Notes: generated by a model from the letters alone, not told the origin. 32,000 nucleotides of DNA from Trichodesmium erythraeum IMS101 (GCF_000014265.1 NC_008312.1:3780001-3812000); one strand, 5' to 3'. Shown: positions 9,627-19,245, counted from the first letter of the stretch. Numbers and translations: made by a program.

Positions 9627-11089
9627 TGATTTTTTTCCTATAGTAGATATTGTTAAATAGAATTAGTTATTTTAACACAACTAGCACTTTAGAGTGAATA
9701 TTTTTGTAAAGAATTTCAATCATAAGTACCACTATAAAATTATTTACCTATTCTCATTTTCTGGGATCTTATAAGAAGGTAAAAAATTGAGCTTGTATAG
9801 ATATAGAATTAGTTTCGTGTACTTGCAGCTCTAAAAAAACCAATGTAAATAATTATCTCAGAAATATTTTGCTTCTGATGTAGCTACTTTGACGTTTTAA
9901 AAAAATTATTTTTGGTAAATTTAATAGGTTTGGCTTTAAAAACTGAGATACTTTTAGAGCTTTATCAGTTATTAGTAGACTATTCAAGCTTTTGAGTTAA
10001 CAAAGACAAAAGGGTAGCGATCGCTAGCTTGGTCACGGAAAGCAAATAGTACCGTACCATATAGGATCGGCCATGGTATCAGATGTACAAGGGGTGAATA
10101 GTAAAACTCTTGTTATATGGCCATCTTGCACCCTAAATGTTTACCTCATAGGCCGTGGTAAGTGCTGTAATGAAATAGTCACTCCTTACCTCTCTACTAC
10201 GAGGAGAAAAGTTTTGAGTTGCTCACTCTATTAAAGTTTCAAATTAGCCAAGTTTATCAATTACCTTTGAAGAGAAATTTAGGAATTGTTTTTATTTAAG
10301 CTAACTGAAGCAAATATTTACTCAGATTTTAATGACATTTTGAAATTGAAAAATTAGCAAACTTTAGTAACTTTTTCTCTTTCTTTATCCCCTCTTTTCC
10401 CATCCTCTCTCCCATCATTAACTTACAATACTTTCCAACATCTCTACTTTCAAAGTTCTGCTTGATCAACGTCTTTCTTAAAATCAAACTTGACAAAACA
10501 GATAAGTTATAAATTTTCGATTAAATGGATATTTTCCAATAGTAAATATATTTAAAAAGGCGATCGCCTAACCAGGAAAATTGAAGGCTTATTGTATCTA
10601 TTTTTTTCTTTATTAATGTAAGTATTCAGTTATTGAATGCTTACCTATCAACATCTAATAGTTTTGAATTTTATCCATTAAAAAATGCTGCAATAACTTG
10701 TGTCTGAAATTTTTTTATCAAACAAAAAAAGTTGAATTCTTTGCCATATATTGAATTTGGCGATGGAATAAGCGCCCTGTAATAAGCGGATTTGTATTAA
10801 TTACTAAACGAAAATGGTTAGGTTAGAGAATAAAAAAACCCTACCAATACCTCCCCATAACCCCACTTAAAAAAAAGGGTTTTAGGAGTTCCTTAGTAAG
10901 GCATAACTTAACAAATTAGAATAGGTGGGATAGAAAGATTTAGATTTTTAGGATTCATCAATTCCATGGAGTATTTCTGAAACAGTTTTTCCAGAAAGCA
11001 GGAACACACAAAATACAAAGATTAACAATTAAACCCAAATATTAATTGTTTTCTACCCCACCCTAATTATTTTAAAATTAATATGTCTA

Positions 11090-12550
11090 TTAACTTTGAG
11101 TTACAACTTCTTTTTCCTTGGCTAAAAACTTCTCTAATTCTGTCAAAGCGTCAGCATCAACCTTAGTTTGCATCGGACAGAATTTTGGTCCGCACATAGA
11201 ACAAAATTCAGCAGTTTTATAGATATCCGCAGGCAAAGTTTCATCGTGATATTCTTTGGCTCGCTCTGGATCTAAAGATAACTCAAATTGACGGTTCCAA
11301 TCAAAATTGTAACGAGCAGCAGAAAGTTCATCATCTCTATCCCTCGCTCCCTGACGATGCCGACCAATATCTGCTGCATGGGCTGCAATTTTATAAGCAA
11401 TGAGTCCATTTCTGACATCCTCAGCGTTAGGCAAACCTAAATGTTCTTTCGGAGTAACGTAACATAACATTGCTGTACCATACCATCCCGCCATTGCTGC
11501 ACCAATAGCAGAAGTAATATGATCATAACCAGGAGCAATATCTGTGACTAATGGACCTAAAACATAGAAAGGAGCTGGACCTAGAACATTAAACTTTTCC
11601 ATCTGTTCATTGGCGTTGGATGCTAAGGGATCTAGATCCAAAGCATTCAAAGGAGGACTTGAACACTCTTCCATTTGTTTTTTCACATTAAACTCAATTT
11701 GGTCCATTGGTACATGACCAGGACCTTCTACCATAACTTGAACTTCATGTCCCCAGGCACGGCGAGTTAACTGACCTAATGTTTTTAATTCTGCTAGTTG
11801 GGCTTCATCAGAAGCATCATGGGTACAACCGGGTCGTAGAGAATCTCCTAAACTAAAGGAAACATCATATTTTTTGAAGATTTCAATAATATCGTCAAAA
11901 TGAGTATAAAGAGGATTTTGTTTGTGATGGTGGAGCATCCACTTGGCGATAATTCCACCGCCACGGGAAACTATACCAGTGATACGGCTTCTGACTAGAG
12001 GTAGATGTTCAATTAAAATTCCGGCGTGGATGGTTTGATAGTCTACCCCTTGTTGAGCATGCTTTTCAATAACATGAAGAAAGTCATCAGCAGTCAGATT
12101 TTCTATTCTGCCATGAACGCTTTCTACTGCTTGGTATACTGGTACTGTTCCGATAGGTACTGGGGAAGCGTTGATAATAGCAGTTCTAATTTCATCCAAG
12201 TTACCGCCACCTGTGGATAAGTCCATCACGGTATCTGCACCATATTTAATGGATAGTTTTAGTTTATCAACTTCCTTAGTAATATCAGAAGTATTGGGAG
12301 AGGCGCCAATGTTGGCATTAACTTTACACCGAGAAGCAATTCCAATACACATTGGTTCAAGGTTAGTGTGGTTAATATTCGCAGGGATAATCATTCGTCC
12401 CCTTGCTACTTCTGCACGAATTAACTCAGCAGGAAGATTTTCTCGTTGGGCCACAAAGTTCATTTCTTCAGTGATGATTCCCTGACGACCGTAGTGCATC
12501 TGAGAGACATTTTTGTGTCCACTACGTTTGGCGATCCATTCTGTCCGCAT
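11090..12550 (-). CDS. thiC: phosphomethylpyrimidine synthase
   Basis: Carries [27 protein letters not shown] and the C-terminal Fe-S motif [15 protein letters not shown] riboswitch lies directly upstream. It contains an unusual 29-codon insertion (see findings). Confidence 0.95.
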   Translation of the reverse strand: MRTEWIAKRSGHKNVSQMHYGRQGIITEEMNFVAQRENLPAELIRAEVARGRMIIPANINHTNLEPMCIGIASRCKVNANIGASPNTSDITKEVDKLKLSIKYGADTVMDLSTGGGNLDEIRTAIINASPVPIGTVPVYQAVESVHGRIENLTADDFLHVIEKHAQQGVDYQTIHAGILIEHLPLVRSRITGIVSRGGGIIAKWMLHHHKQNPLYTHFDDIIEIFKKYDVSFSLGDSLRPGCTHDASDEAQLAELKTLGQLTRRAWGHEVQVMVEGPGHVPMDQIEFNVKKQMEECSSPPLNALDLDPLASNANEQMEKFNVLGPAPFYVLGPLVTDIAPGYDHITSAIGAAMAGWYGTAMLCYVTPKEHLGLPNAEDVRNGLIAYKIAAHAADIGRHRQGARDRDDELSAARYNFDWNRQFELSLDPERAKEYHDETLPADIYKTAEFCSMCGPKFCPMQTKVDADALTELEKFLAKEKEVVTQS

Positions 12551-12565
12551 ATTTTTTTCCTTAAA

Positions 12566-12650
12566 TAAACAGCTTCCCTCCGCTGGTATTAACCAGTCTC
12601 AGGTTCTAAGGGTATTTCTCAGCCTAAATATTTTAGGCACCCCTAGCTTA
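12566..12650 (-). promoter_or_regulatory. TPP (THI-box) riboswitch in the thiC leader
   Basis: The minus strand reads CTAGGGGTGCCTAAAATATTTAGGCTGAGAAATACCCTTAGAACCTGAGACTGGTTAATACCAGCGGAGGGAAGC. All conserved THI-box blocks are present (GGGGUGCC, GGCUGAGA, ACCCUU, GAACCUGA, CUGGUUAAUACCAGCG, AGGGAA). It ends ~20 nt before the thiC ATG. Confidence 0.92.
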
Positions 12651-12697
12651 GTGGGTTACTATAGCACTTTTTTTTTGATTTGGTGGTGAAGTGTAGT

Positions 12698-12760
12698 AAA
12701 AGTCAAAAGTTAAAATCCAAAAATCAAAAGTTAAAAGCTAAAAAAGTTAATTATTTACAG
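12698..12760. repeat. low-complexity AAAGTYAAAAG-type spacer repeat
   Basis: Reads aaagtcaaaagttaaaatccaaaaatcaaaagttaaaagctaaaaaagttaa. The same motif family occurs at 2469-2491 (reverse orientation), 14572-14590, 14691-14710 and, as a GGTTAAA variant, at 18578-18693. Confidence 0.7.
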
Positions 12761-13759
12761 CAGATTCATATGGTATAAACCGTGAAGTAAATATTTTTTT
12801 GTGCCCTATTCTACGCCGAATTTTTCGTTATTTCTACTACACTAATGGATATTTTTAGTACCACCTTAATGAGGCTGATTTTGATATTATCTTTATAAGT
12901 AGATAGGGGTTAAACTTTGTTGCTATATAACAAAATGTACATTTACCTCAAGTCAACTATTTTTTGTGTGCACCTACTTAATACCAAATATTACTGGTAA
13001 TATTTTGTAGATGCTGACTCCATTTTTTTTAACGGACTTCAGATCGCATCCAGATATTGAGCATTAATACTAATACCATTTCTGAAAACTTTTCTACATT
13101 TTATTGAGTAGAAAAGTAGGGGATTAGATTAGATCAGTAGAGTTGGGGATGTTTCATAAGGACGTCTGCATAACATAAAAATAATTAACATTAATTTAGC
13201 TCAAGAGAGTCAAAAAGTTATTGATTTTATATTATTATTTAATAATTGAAATTTTAGATCAAATCTGCTTGCTTTGGAATGTTGCCAGAAACCTGGTTTG
13301 TGGGAGAGAAATATCAGTATATTTTATTTACTTATATAAATGGTTCTGGGAAATATTTGTGATAGATATATTGTTCAATTTACTTTTTATTTTTAAAATT
13401 TTTGATGATTTCTTTTCTTTTAATCTAATTTTTTTTCCTCTTACTCCAAATATTTTTATTAGCTTTAATTCTGTGTAATTTAATGAAATTACTGTAGGGT
13501 TAAAGTTTTAGGCATGAAAAAATCTGAAAAAGTATTAAGGGTATTAAGGGATTACTTTTGAATAGATGATTTAATTTTTGTTAAAGGGTATAAATTACAC
13601 TACTGGATTGCTATTTATATTGATTGTTTTAGTCACAAAAATAAGCTAATCGCTTTGGTACTGTGGCTCTGATTATATATGCTTTTCTTTGTTCGTCTAA
13701 CTATCAATTAATATTTGATAGATGAAAGCTAAATTCTTAGGTGAAAATTTGATTTTTTT

Positions 13760-14422
13760 TTACCGATAAATATTCCAATTATTTAAAGTTTCCTCTAGTT
13801 TATGATCACTAAAATCATTAATCACAATACTGGCTCCTATTTCTAATAAAGATTTAGGTTCGTGGGTAGAAGCAACTCCTATTGTATAAATTCCTGCTCC
13901 TACTGCTGATTTAACTCCAGAACGGGAATCTTCAAAAACAATTGCCTCTTCTGGGGAAATTGCTAGTTTTTCTAAACATAATTTATAAGGTGCTGGGTCG
14001 GGTTTGCCTACAGTCATTTCTCCACCTAATATTACTAATGGAAATGTATCTTTTAGCTTTAAAACTTCGAGCATAAATTTAGCGTTTTCTGGTGGTGCAT
14101 TTGTTACTACGGCTTTCTGGAGTTTTTGGTTTTTAATCCATTCAATTAAGTCTAATAATCCTGTTAATGGCTGCAAGTTTTTAGCCATTTCTCGAAATTT
14201 AACTTCTTTATAGTCTGCTAGTTCTTCTGCTTCTGTAGTTGATAGTTTTGGCAGTAAATCTTGAATAATTTCTGGGTTAGTTCTACCACTAATATATTGT
14301 TTGTAAGAGTTATGATTAATTGGTATTCCGTGATTATCTAAAATTTCTTTCCAGGTCTGGTAATGCAAGGGGTCTGTGTTTGCTAGGGTGCCATCAAGGT
14401 CAAACAAAATTGCTTTGAGCAT
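13760..14422 (-). CDS. HAD-superfamily hydrolase, subfamily IA (beta-phosphoglucomutase-like)
   Basis: All four HAD motifs are present: FDLDGTLANTD, VVTNAP, GKPDPAPY and FEDSRSGVKSAVGAG. Confidence 0.88.
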   Translation of the reverse strand: MLKAILFDLDGTLANTDPLHYQTWKEILDNHGIPINHNSYKQYISGRTNPEIIQDLLPKLSTTEAEELADYKEVKFREMAKNLQPLTGLLDLIEWIKNQKLQKAVVTNAPPENAKFMLEVLKLKDTFPLVILGGEMTVGKPDPAPYKLCLEKLAISPEEAIVFEDSRSGVKSAVGAGIYTIGVASTHEPKSLLEIGASIVINDFSDHKLEETLNNWNIYR

Positions 14423-14571
14423 TTTAATTTATTTTTATTGATAAGTTGTATTTACTTTGGCGGTTTGAATTTAAAATTCGATGCGTTATAAATCTTTATG
14501 AATGTCTTTTCTATATTCAATTAACATATTTTTGACTTATCTGCAAGAATAACGTCTATTGGTAGGGATAT

Positions 14572-14760
14572 AAGTCAAAAGTTAAAATTTTAAAGCCAAA
14601 AGACTGGTAGGTGGGTTTAGGGACGAAACCCAACAAATAAGCGATCGCTGCCAGTCAAATTTTAAGTTAAAAATTAAAAATTAAAAATTAAAAGTCAAAA
14701 GTTAAAAATTATAGCTGTAGGTGGGGTTGAGGGACGAAACTTAACAAATAAGCGATCGCT
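14572..14760. repeat. two tandem ~110-120 bp units, each AAGTCAAAAGTTAAAA + GTAGGTGGGTTTAGGGACGAAACCCAACAAATAA + HIP1
   Basis: The cores at 14607-14648 and 14717-14759 are near-identical. Copy 1 contains a GGGTTT-N7-AAACCC hairpin, degraded in copy 2. Both end in GCGATCGC. Confidence 0.75.
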
Positions 14761-14909
14761 ACTAGTAGAAAAAGTTATAGGTTAAGAGTTTTTTCATTGT
14801 TGAGCAAACTACTTCTAGTGGAAGCGATCGCTATGACAGAATAAACTGAACTTAATATCATCCCACAGGTTTATCAAAGATAGAGCCAGGATGGTCATAA
14901 TATTTACTT

Positions 14910-15786
14910 TCAACCAGAAATTTCCCTCACTTCTTCAACTGTTAAACTAAGAATTTGTGCTACTTGTTCGACAGTTATTCCTGTTGCTAATAATTTAGGA
15001 ATAGCATTTCTTCGTGTTTGTTCTGCTTTTTCTGCCCGTTGGCGTTCCGGCTCTGCCTGTTGGCGTTCTGGTTCTGCTATGTGAGCCAAGCGATCGCCAC
15101 GAGATTTTTCTACTTTTACTCTTTCTGCTCCTGTCAATAACAGGTTCCGTTCAGGGTCCTACCAAGGTAACCATGATAGAGTTTGATTTTTATAGGAGCC
15201 CTGACATATTCCCAGTTCTATTCCTAGGGACTCAGTTAAATAGTGACCCGGGTCATTAGGAGGCTGGCGACAAGAGCCACCCACCAAATGATATATTTCT
15301 AAGTGGCCAGTTGTGATGATATACACTCCGCAATAAGATATTTTGATAATACGTTTATATACCCAAAGTTTTCCTGGTCTTGTTGTTTCACCATCCTGGG
15401 AAAATCAGAATGACGTTTTTTCTAACTATTCTGTTCCGTCTTCACTGGCAAATTCTAGATAAACTAAAGGTGCCATATATTCTCGCCATAGATAATAGGA
15501 CGAATTTCACCATTTAACAGTGGTGGGACGTTAGGAATATAAAACTAGTTCGGCGCTTCTGACCTTTTTTCTGGGGGGTCAGTTTTTCGCTGATACTACT
15601 ATCTTGGCCAATAGGATAATTTTTATCTGGATGTTGCTGTTGTAAAATAGGTTGGATAGAGTTAGTTAGGAGGATACTTTGGGGATGTTCTTGGAAATTT
15701 TTTACATGGGTGCTGTCCTCATCTGGTAGTTGAGTATGATCGCGAAAAGGTGGTGGTAGGTCAATTTGGTTTTTTGTCTGGTGAAT
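14910..15786 (-). pseudogene. Uma2/DUF820-family endonuclease pseudogene, copy 1
   Basis: The minus strand reads IHQTKNQIDLPPPFRDHTQLPDEDSTHVKNFQEHPQSILLTN, the typical cyanobacterial Uma2 N-terminus. The start position is ATT, not ATG (15784-15786). An in-frame TAG at 15159-15161 sits in ..LSWLPW*DPERNLLLTGAER.., and there are further frame breaks. The 75-aa ORF 14910-15137 is only its C-terminal tail. Confidence 0.7.
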
Positions 15787-15844
15787 TTCAGTTATTAATT
15801 ATTAGTTATAGGACTTACCCAGAGCTACCTTCTAAAAATAGAAA

Positions 15845-16072
15845 GGGAAGACTTGAGGGTTTATTTATTATAAATCTTGAGAATAGTTAGGATAAATACT
15901 GGGTGTAAAATAATAAATAGGGTGACTTTTATTTTTGGAGGAGTAATTTTAATAAAAAGGGAAGGCTTGAGAGTTTATTTATTGTAAGTCTTGAGAATAG
16001 TTACTATGAATACTGGTTGTGAAGTAAGAAATAGGGTGGCTTTTGTTTTTGGAGGAGTAAGTTTAAGTGTCT
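15845..16072. repeat. 2 x 114 bp tandem duplication in a divergent intergenic region
   Basis: Unit 1 starts with GGGAAGACTTGAGGGTTTATTTATTATAAATCTTGAGAATAGTTAGG at 15845. Unit 2 starts with GGGAAGGCTTGAGAGTTTATTTATTGTAAGTCTTGAGAATAGTTACT at 15959. They align along their whole length. Confidence 0.85.
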
Positions 16073-16220
16073 AATGAATAGTTGAATTATTAAAGCAGGT
16101 TTTCCTATTTATGAAAGTCAGATATAGATATGTTAAAGTTCACAGAGGAAATTAATAAGTTCAATAACTAAAATTATCTGAAAATAAAAAAAAATAAGTT
16201 ATAAATAAAGGAGAATTTAG

Positions 16221-16706
16221 ATGAATTATTCAAAGGATAAGTTCTTATTATCTACGTTATTAGCTATCGGAGAGTTAGAGAATTCTTTAGGTTCTGAGGC
16301 TAAAGATGCTCTCTATGTTATTGCTGAACAACTATTTGTTAAACCTACTGCTTGGGAAACAGATATTGAGTCTAATTTAATGGGAATAATTAATGAAAAT
16401 TCGTCTTTAAGTACAATCTTTCAGGACTTTAAATCTAAGTTAGATGAGGTTGATAATATTTATGATTTTATTCCCACTCAAGAAGAATTAGAAGCAGTTA
16501 TTCCGGCGGCTGCTCTGAAACATACCCGTCCTATTATTAAGCCTAATTCTTCTGATCTAACAAGTGAAGAAGAAATTACTAATATGTCTATGCAGGTTTT
16601 ATCATCGCCAGAGCCATCAGAAATAGCAAAAGAAATAGTAAAAAAATCTAGCAAGTTGGAGCGGCTATTAAATTTGATTCGTCCAAATAGGTCGAAGAAT
16701 AAATAA
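16221..16706 (+). CDS. hypothetical protein (161 aa), orphan
   Basis: Clean ORF with a Shine-Dalgarno sequence (AAGGAG) 7 nt upstream of the ATG. The N-terminal half looks helical; the tail is Ser/Glu/Lys-rich and probably disordered. No family recognised. Confidence 0.65.
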   Translation: MNYSKDKFLLSTLLAIGELENSLGSEAKDALYVIAEQLFVKPTAWETDIESNLMGIINENSSLSTIFQDFKSKLDEVDNIYDFIPTQEELEAVIPAAALKHTRPIIKPNSSDLTSEEEITNMSMQVLSSPEPSEIAKEIVKKSSKLERLLNLIRPNRSKNK

Positions 16707-17170
16707 TTTCTAATTATTATGGAAAGCAGAAGGTTCTCAGCAGGGGGTAAGAGTGTTAGAATGATTTGGAAAAACTAGCTTTTTATGGATATGATTTGGT
16801 TTAGTGCCAATTTCTATAGATTGCATTAATTTTTGATTTAGACAGAAAGTAAATAACTTTTTTGCTGTCTTGGTTTTAGTTAATGTGAATTTTATAAGTG
16901 TTTGTTTTTTCCCTACTCTTTGATTTTCTTATTTCTCCTCCTGAGAATTTTTAGGAATGGGTTATTCTCCTGAAGATATAGGTGGAAAAGTTTTTGAGAA
17001 ATGGTAATTCTATTCCCTAGAAAGGTGGGGGATGAAAACTTTTGTTCTCTGTTTGTAGGAGCTATGTTTTATCAACTTTTTTCTGAACATAAAGTTTGAT
17101 AAATGAAAAGGAATTTTCTAGTTTTTAAGCCTCTAGCTCAAGTCGGAAATACTAATAACTAATAACTGAA

Positions 17171-18571
17171 ATGCTCAATATTATTAATCCTACCATTGAC
17201 TTATTTCTCTATGACTTAAGAAATAGTCTGAGTGATAATGAAAAAAGTATAGGGGAAAAACGCGAATATTTTTATCAAAAGTTCGATGAAACTGTTCAGG
17301 AAAGGTTAAAAGAAGACGGAAAGGATCTCGACCAAAGGCAGAAGCAAGAGGTTGGATATATTCAACTTCTTAAGGATATTTATGCTCCTTTAGATCCTGA
17401 TACTCCTATAGAGAATGGTTATTACTATCCAGTACGGTTAGGAGATAGTTATGGACTGTTATTGGAGGTTGCTGAAGTTAATGGTTCTCAGGAAAAAACT
17501 CCAGAATATTTTGCTGAGTTAAAGGAAAGAATTCAACGAAAGTTAGGGGATAATAAAGCTACATTAGGTCAGACTTGGATGTTGTCTACTTACTTACCTA
17601 ATTTCTCGGAAATAACTTCAGCAGAAATAGAACAAATTGCTCAAGAGTCTTACAAAGCTATTTTTCCTAATACAAAAGAAGAAGTTAAGTTTCACAAGAA
17701 AGGTGAGTTTATTGGTGCTACAATTTTTGAGTATTCTGACAAGGGTTTTAAGGAGGAGGTAGTTAAGTTAGGAGAGAAAGAAAATTCTATTTTTGTGCAA
17801 AATAAACATGTTATTGTTGCTATTTATCCAGATAAAGAAAGTTTCGAGATTTTAAGTGAGTTATATACGGACTGGATGTCCTTATTATATTACCATCACA
17901 AAATTATTTGGGCTTATGGTCAAGGTTCTGTTTTAATCAATAAAGCTAAGAAAATGTTTGCTAAAGTTTATTCTATAACTGGGTCTATAGAAGAAAAGGT
18001 TACTGAAGGGAATGGTAAGGTTAATAGGTTGGAGGAAATTGGTTCTATTCTGAGGAAAGTTCAGGTTATTATGAATCAATACACGAATAATATGAATAAT
18101 CTTCAGTTTCAAAAGGTTACAATACAAATTAATTTAAGTAATTATGAGAAAAGATTAAAAACTATTTCTAAAAATGCTACTGAAAAGGTGCCTGGTTCTC
18201 GAACTAATATTGATTTTTTGGATGATTTTAGCAAGTTGGTTAAAGATAAGTATCTTTGGCAAATTAAAGAATATTTAGAAAGTTTTGAGTTAGGTTTGAG
18301 GTTATTAGAGAATAATATTAATGCTATTCGTAGCCAAACAGAAATAGAAAGGGCTAAGGTAGATCGCGATTTTAAAGGGTTAATTAGTGTGGTAGCTACA
18401 GGAGTTGCTATTGCTGGTTTAACAGGAGATAATGCGGCTACGGAATGTAAGTCTATTTTTAATGATAGGTTTTTTCTTTGTCAAAATACGTTTGTATATA
18501 ATATAACCTTAGTTTTCTTTGTTAGTTTGTTAATTTGGCTTTTGAGAAAGTATATATTAAAGCGATCGTAG
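17171..18571 (+). CDS. hypothetical coiled-coil protein with a C-terminal membrane anchor (466 aa)
   Basis: Long ORF. After about residue 250 comes a charged, heptad-like region. The C-terminus has hydrophobic segments LISVVATGVAIAGLTG and ITLVFFVSLLIWLL, followed by a basic RKYILKRS. No family recognised. Confidence 0.75.
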   Translation: MLNIINPTIDLFLYDLRNSLSDNEKSIGEKREYFYQKFDETVQERLKEDGKDLDQRQKQEVGYIQLLKDIYAPLDPDTPIENGYYYPVRLGDSYGLLLEVAEVNGSQEKTPEYFAELKERIQRKLGDNKATLGQTWMLSTYLPNFSEITSAEIEQIAQESYKAIFPNTKEEVKFHKKGEFIGATIFEYSDKGFKEEVVKLGEKENSIFVQNKHVIVAIYPDKESFEILSELYTDWMSLLYYHHKIIWAYGQGSVLINKAKKMFAKVYSITGSIEEKVTEGNGKVNRLEEIGSILRKVQVIMNQYTNNMNNLQFQKVTIQINLSNYEKRLKTISKNATEKVPGSRTNIDFLDDFSKLVKDKYLWQIKEYLESFELGLRLLENNINAIRSQTEIERAKVDRDFKGLISVVATGVAIAGLTGDNAATECKSIFNDRFFLCQNTFVYNITLVFFVSLLIWLLRKYILKRS

Positions 18572-18577
18572 AAGTTG

Positions 18578-18693
18578 GGGGTTAAAATTTAAGGGTTAAA
18601 AGGCAATGGTTAAGCTAAATTTTTTTCCCCCCAAGGAGGTAAGTTAGAGGTTAAAAGTTAGAGGTTAAAGGTTAAAGGTTAAGGGTTAAAATT
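18578..18693. repeat. GGTTAAA/GGTTAAG short tandem repeat tract
   Basis: Reads gggggttaaaatttaagggttaaaagg ... agaggttaaaagttagaggttaaaggttaaaggttaagggttaaaatt. It lies between the convergent 466-aa gene and the tail of the NLR-like gene. Confidence 0.75.
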
Positions 18694-18909
18694 AGTCTTT
18701 AAATGAGTTTGAGAATTTACGGCATATTTGGGGCAAATGATTTACATAATAAATGGTAAAAGTTATCTAGTCCGGGCATCTTGCTCCCGTGGGCGTGCCT
18801 CATAAGTCTGAAGTATGCTGCATCAGTTTCCTAACCATAATATGTTGTTCTATAATGGTGGCTTACGACGGATTATTAAATACTTTTGATAGATAGTAAT
18901 TAATGCTGT

Positions 18910-19245
18910 CTAACCATAAATTCGTCTATTATTTTTCAGCTCCTCCAATACTTCAGAATTAAAGGGATTTTCTCCTTTTTTCAAAGTCTCTATCCAACCC
19001 TCAAGTTTTGCTTTTTCATCCTCATCTTTTATGGATTCTACTAATACTTGAAAATCCTCAACTGCTCCCTGATAATTTCCTGTTAATGCTCTTGCTAAAT
19101 CTTGATAATTCTGGATTTTTCCATCACAGGAAAGTATAACATCCCAATTATCCACATCTATTTCGACATCTGAATCTAATTTTTGTGCTTCATTATAAAG
19201 ATTAATTGCTTCTTCTATTTTTCCCTCTATTGCTAATTTTTTACC
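18910..19245 (-). other. in-frame continuation of the NLR-like ORF beyond its TAA stop (111 codons; includes the 81-aa ORF 18910-19155)
   Basis: 19248 minus 19155 is 93, a multiple of 3, so the frame is the same as ORF 19246-23691. Codons 19245 down to 19156 read GKKLAIEGKIEEAINLYNEAQKLDSDVEID with no stop. Confidence 0.65.

Noticed and set aside
10846-10890. Terminator-like hairpin AAAACCCT ... AGGGTTTT about 200 nt downstream of thiC
   Set aside because: The loop is about 29 nt, the stem is A/T-rich, and it is far from any gene end. This is not convincing as an intrinsic terminator.
12026-12485. Plus-strand ORFs of 64 and 104 aa inside thiC
   Set aside because: They are antisense to a strongly supported conserved gene and have no motifs. 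They are typical shadow ORFs.
13221-13478. 85-aa ORF in the spacer (MILYYYLIIEILDQ...)
   Set aside because: It is extremely AT-rich with an Ile/Leu/Phe/Tyr low-complexity translation. There is no RBS and it sits in repeat-like spacer DNA. It is probably spurious.
14910-15137. 75-aa ORF as an independent small gene
   Set aside because: It is the C-terminal tail of the Uma2-type gene and begins at a TTG directly after an in-frame TAG that interrupts ..LPW*DPERNLLLTGAER.. It is treated as part of a pseudogene.
15014-15259. 81-aa plus-strand ORF
   Set aside because: It is antisense to the Uma2 pseudogene tail, and its repetitive LPVGV translation comes from the ERQ repeat on the other strand.
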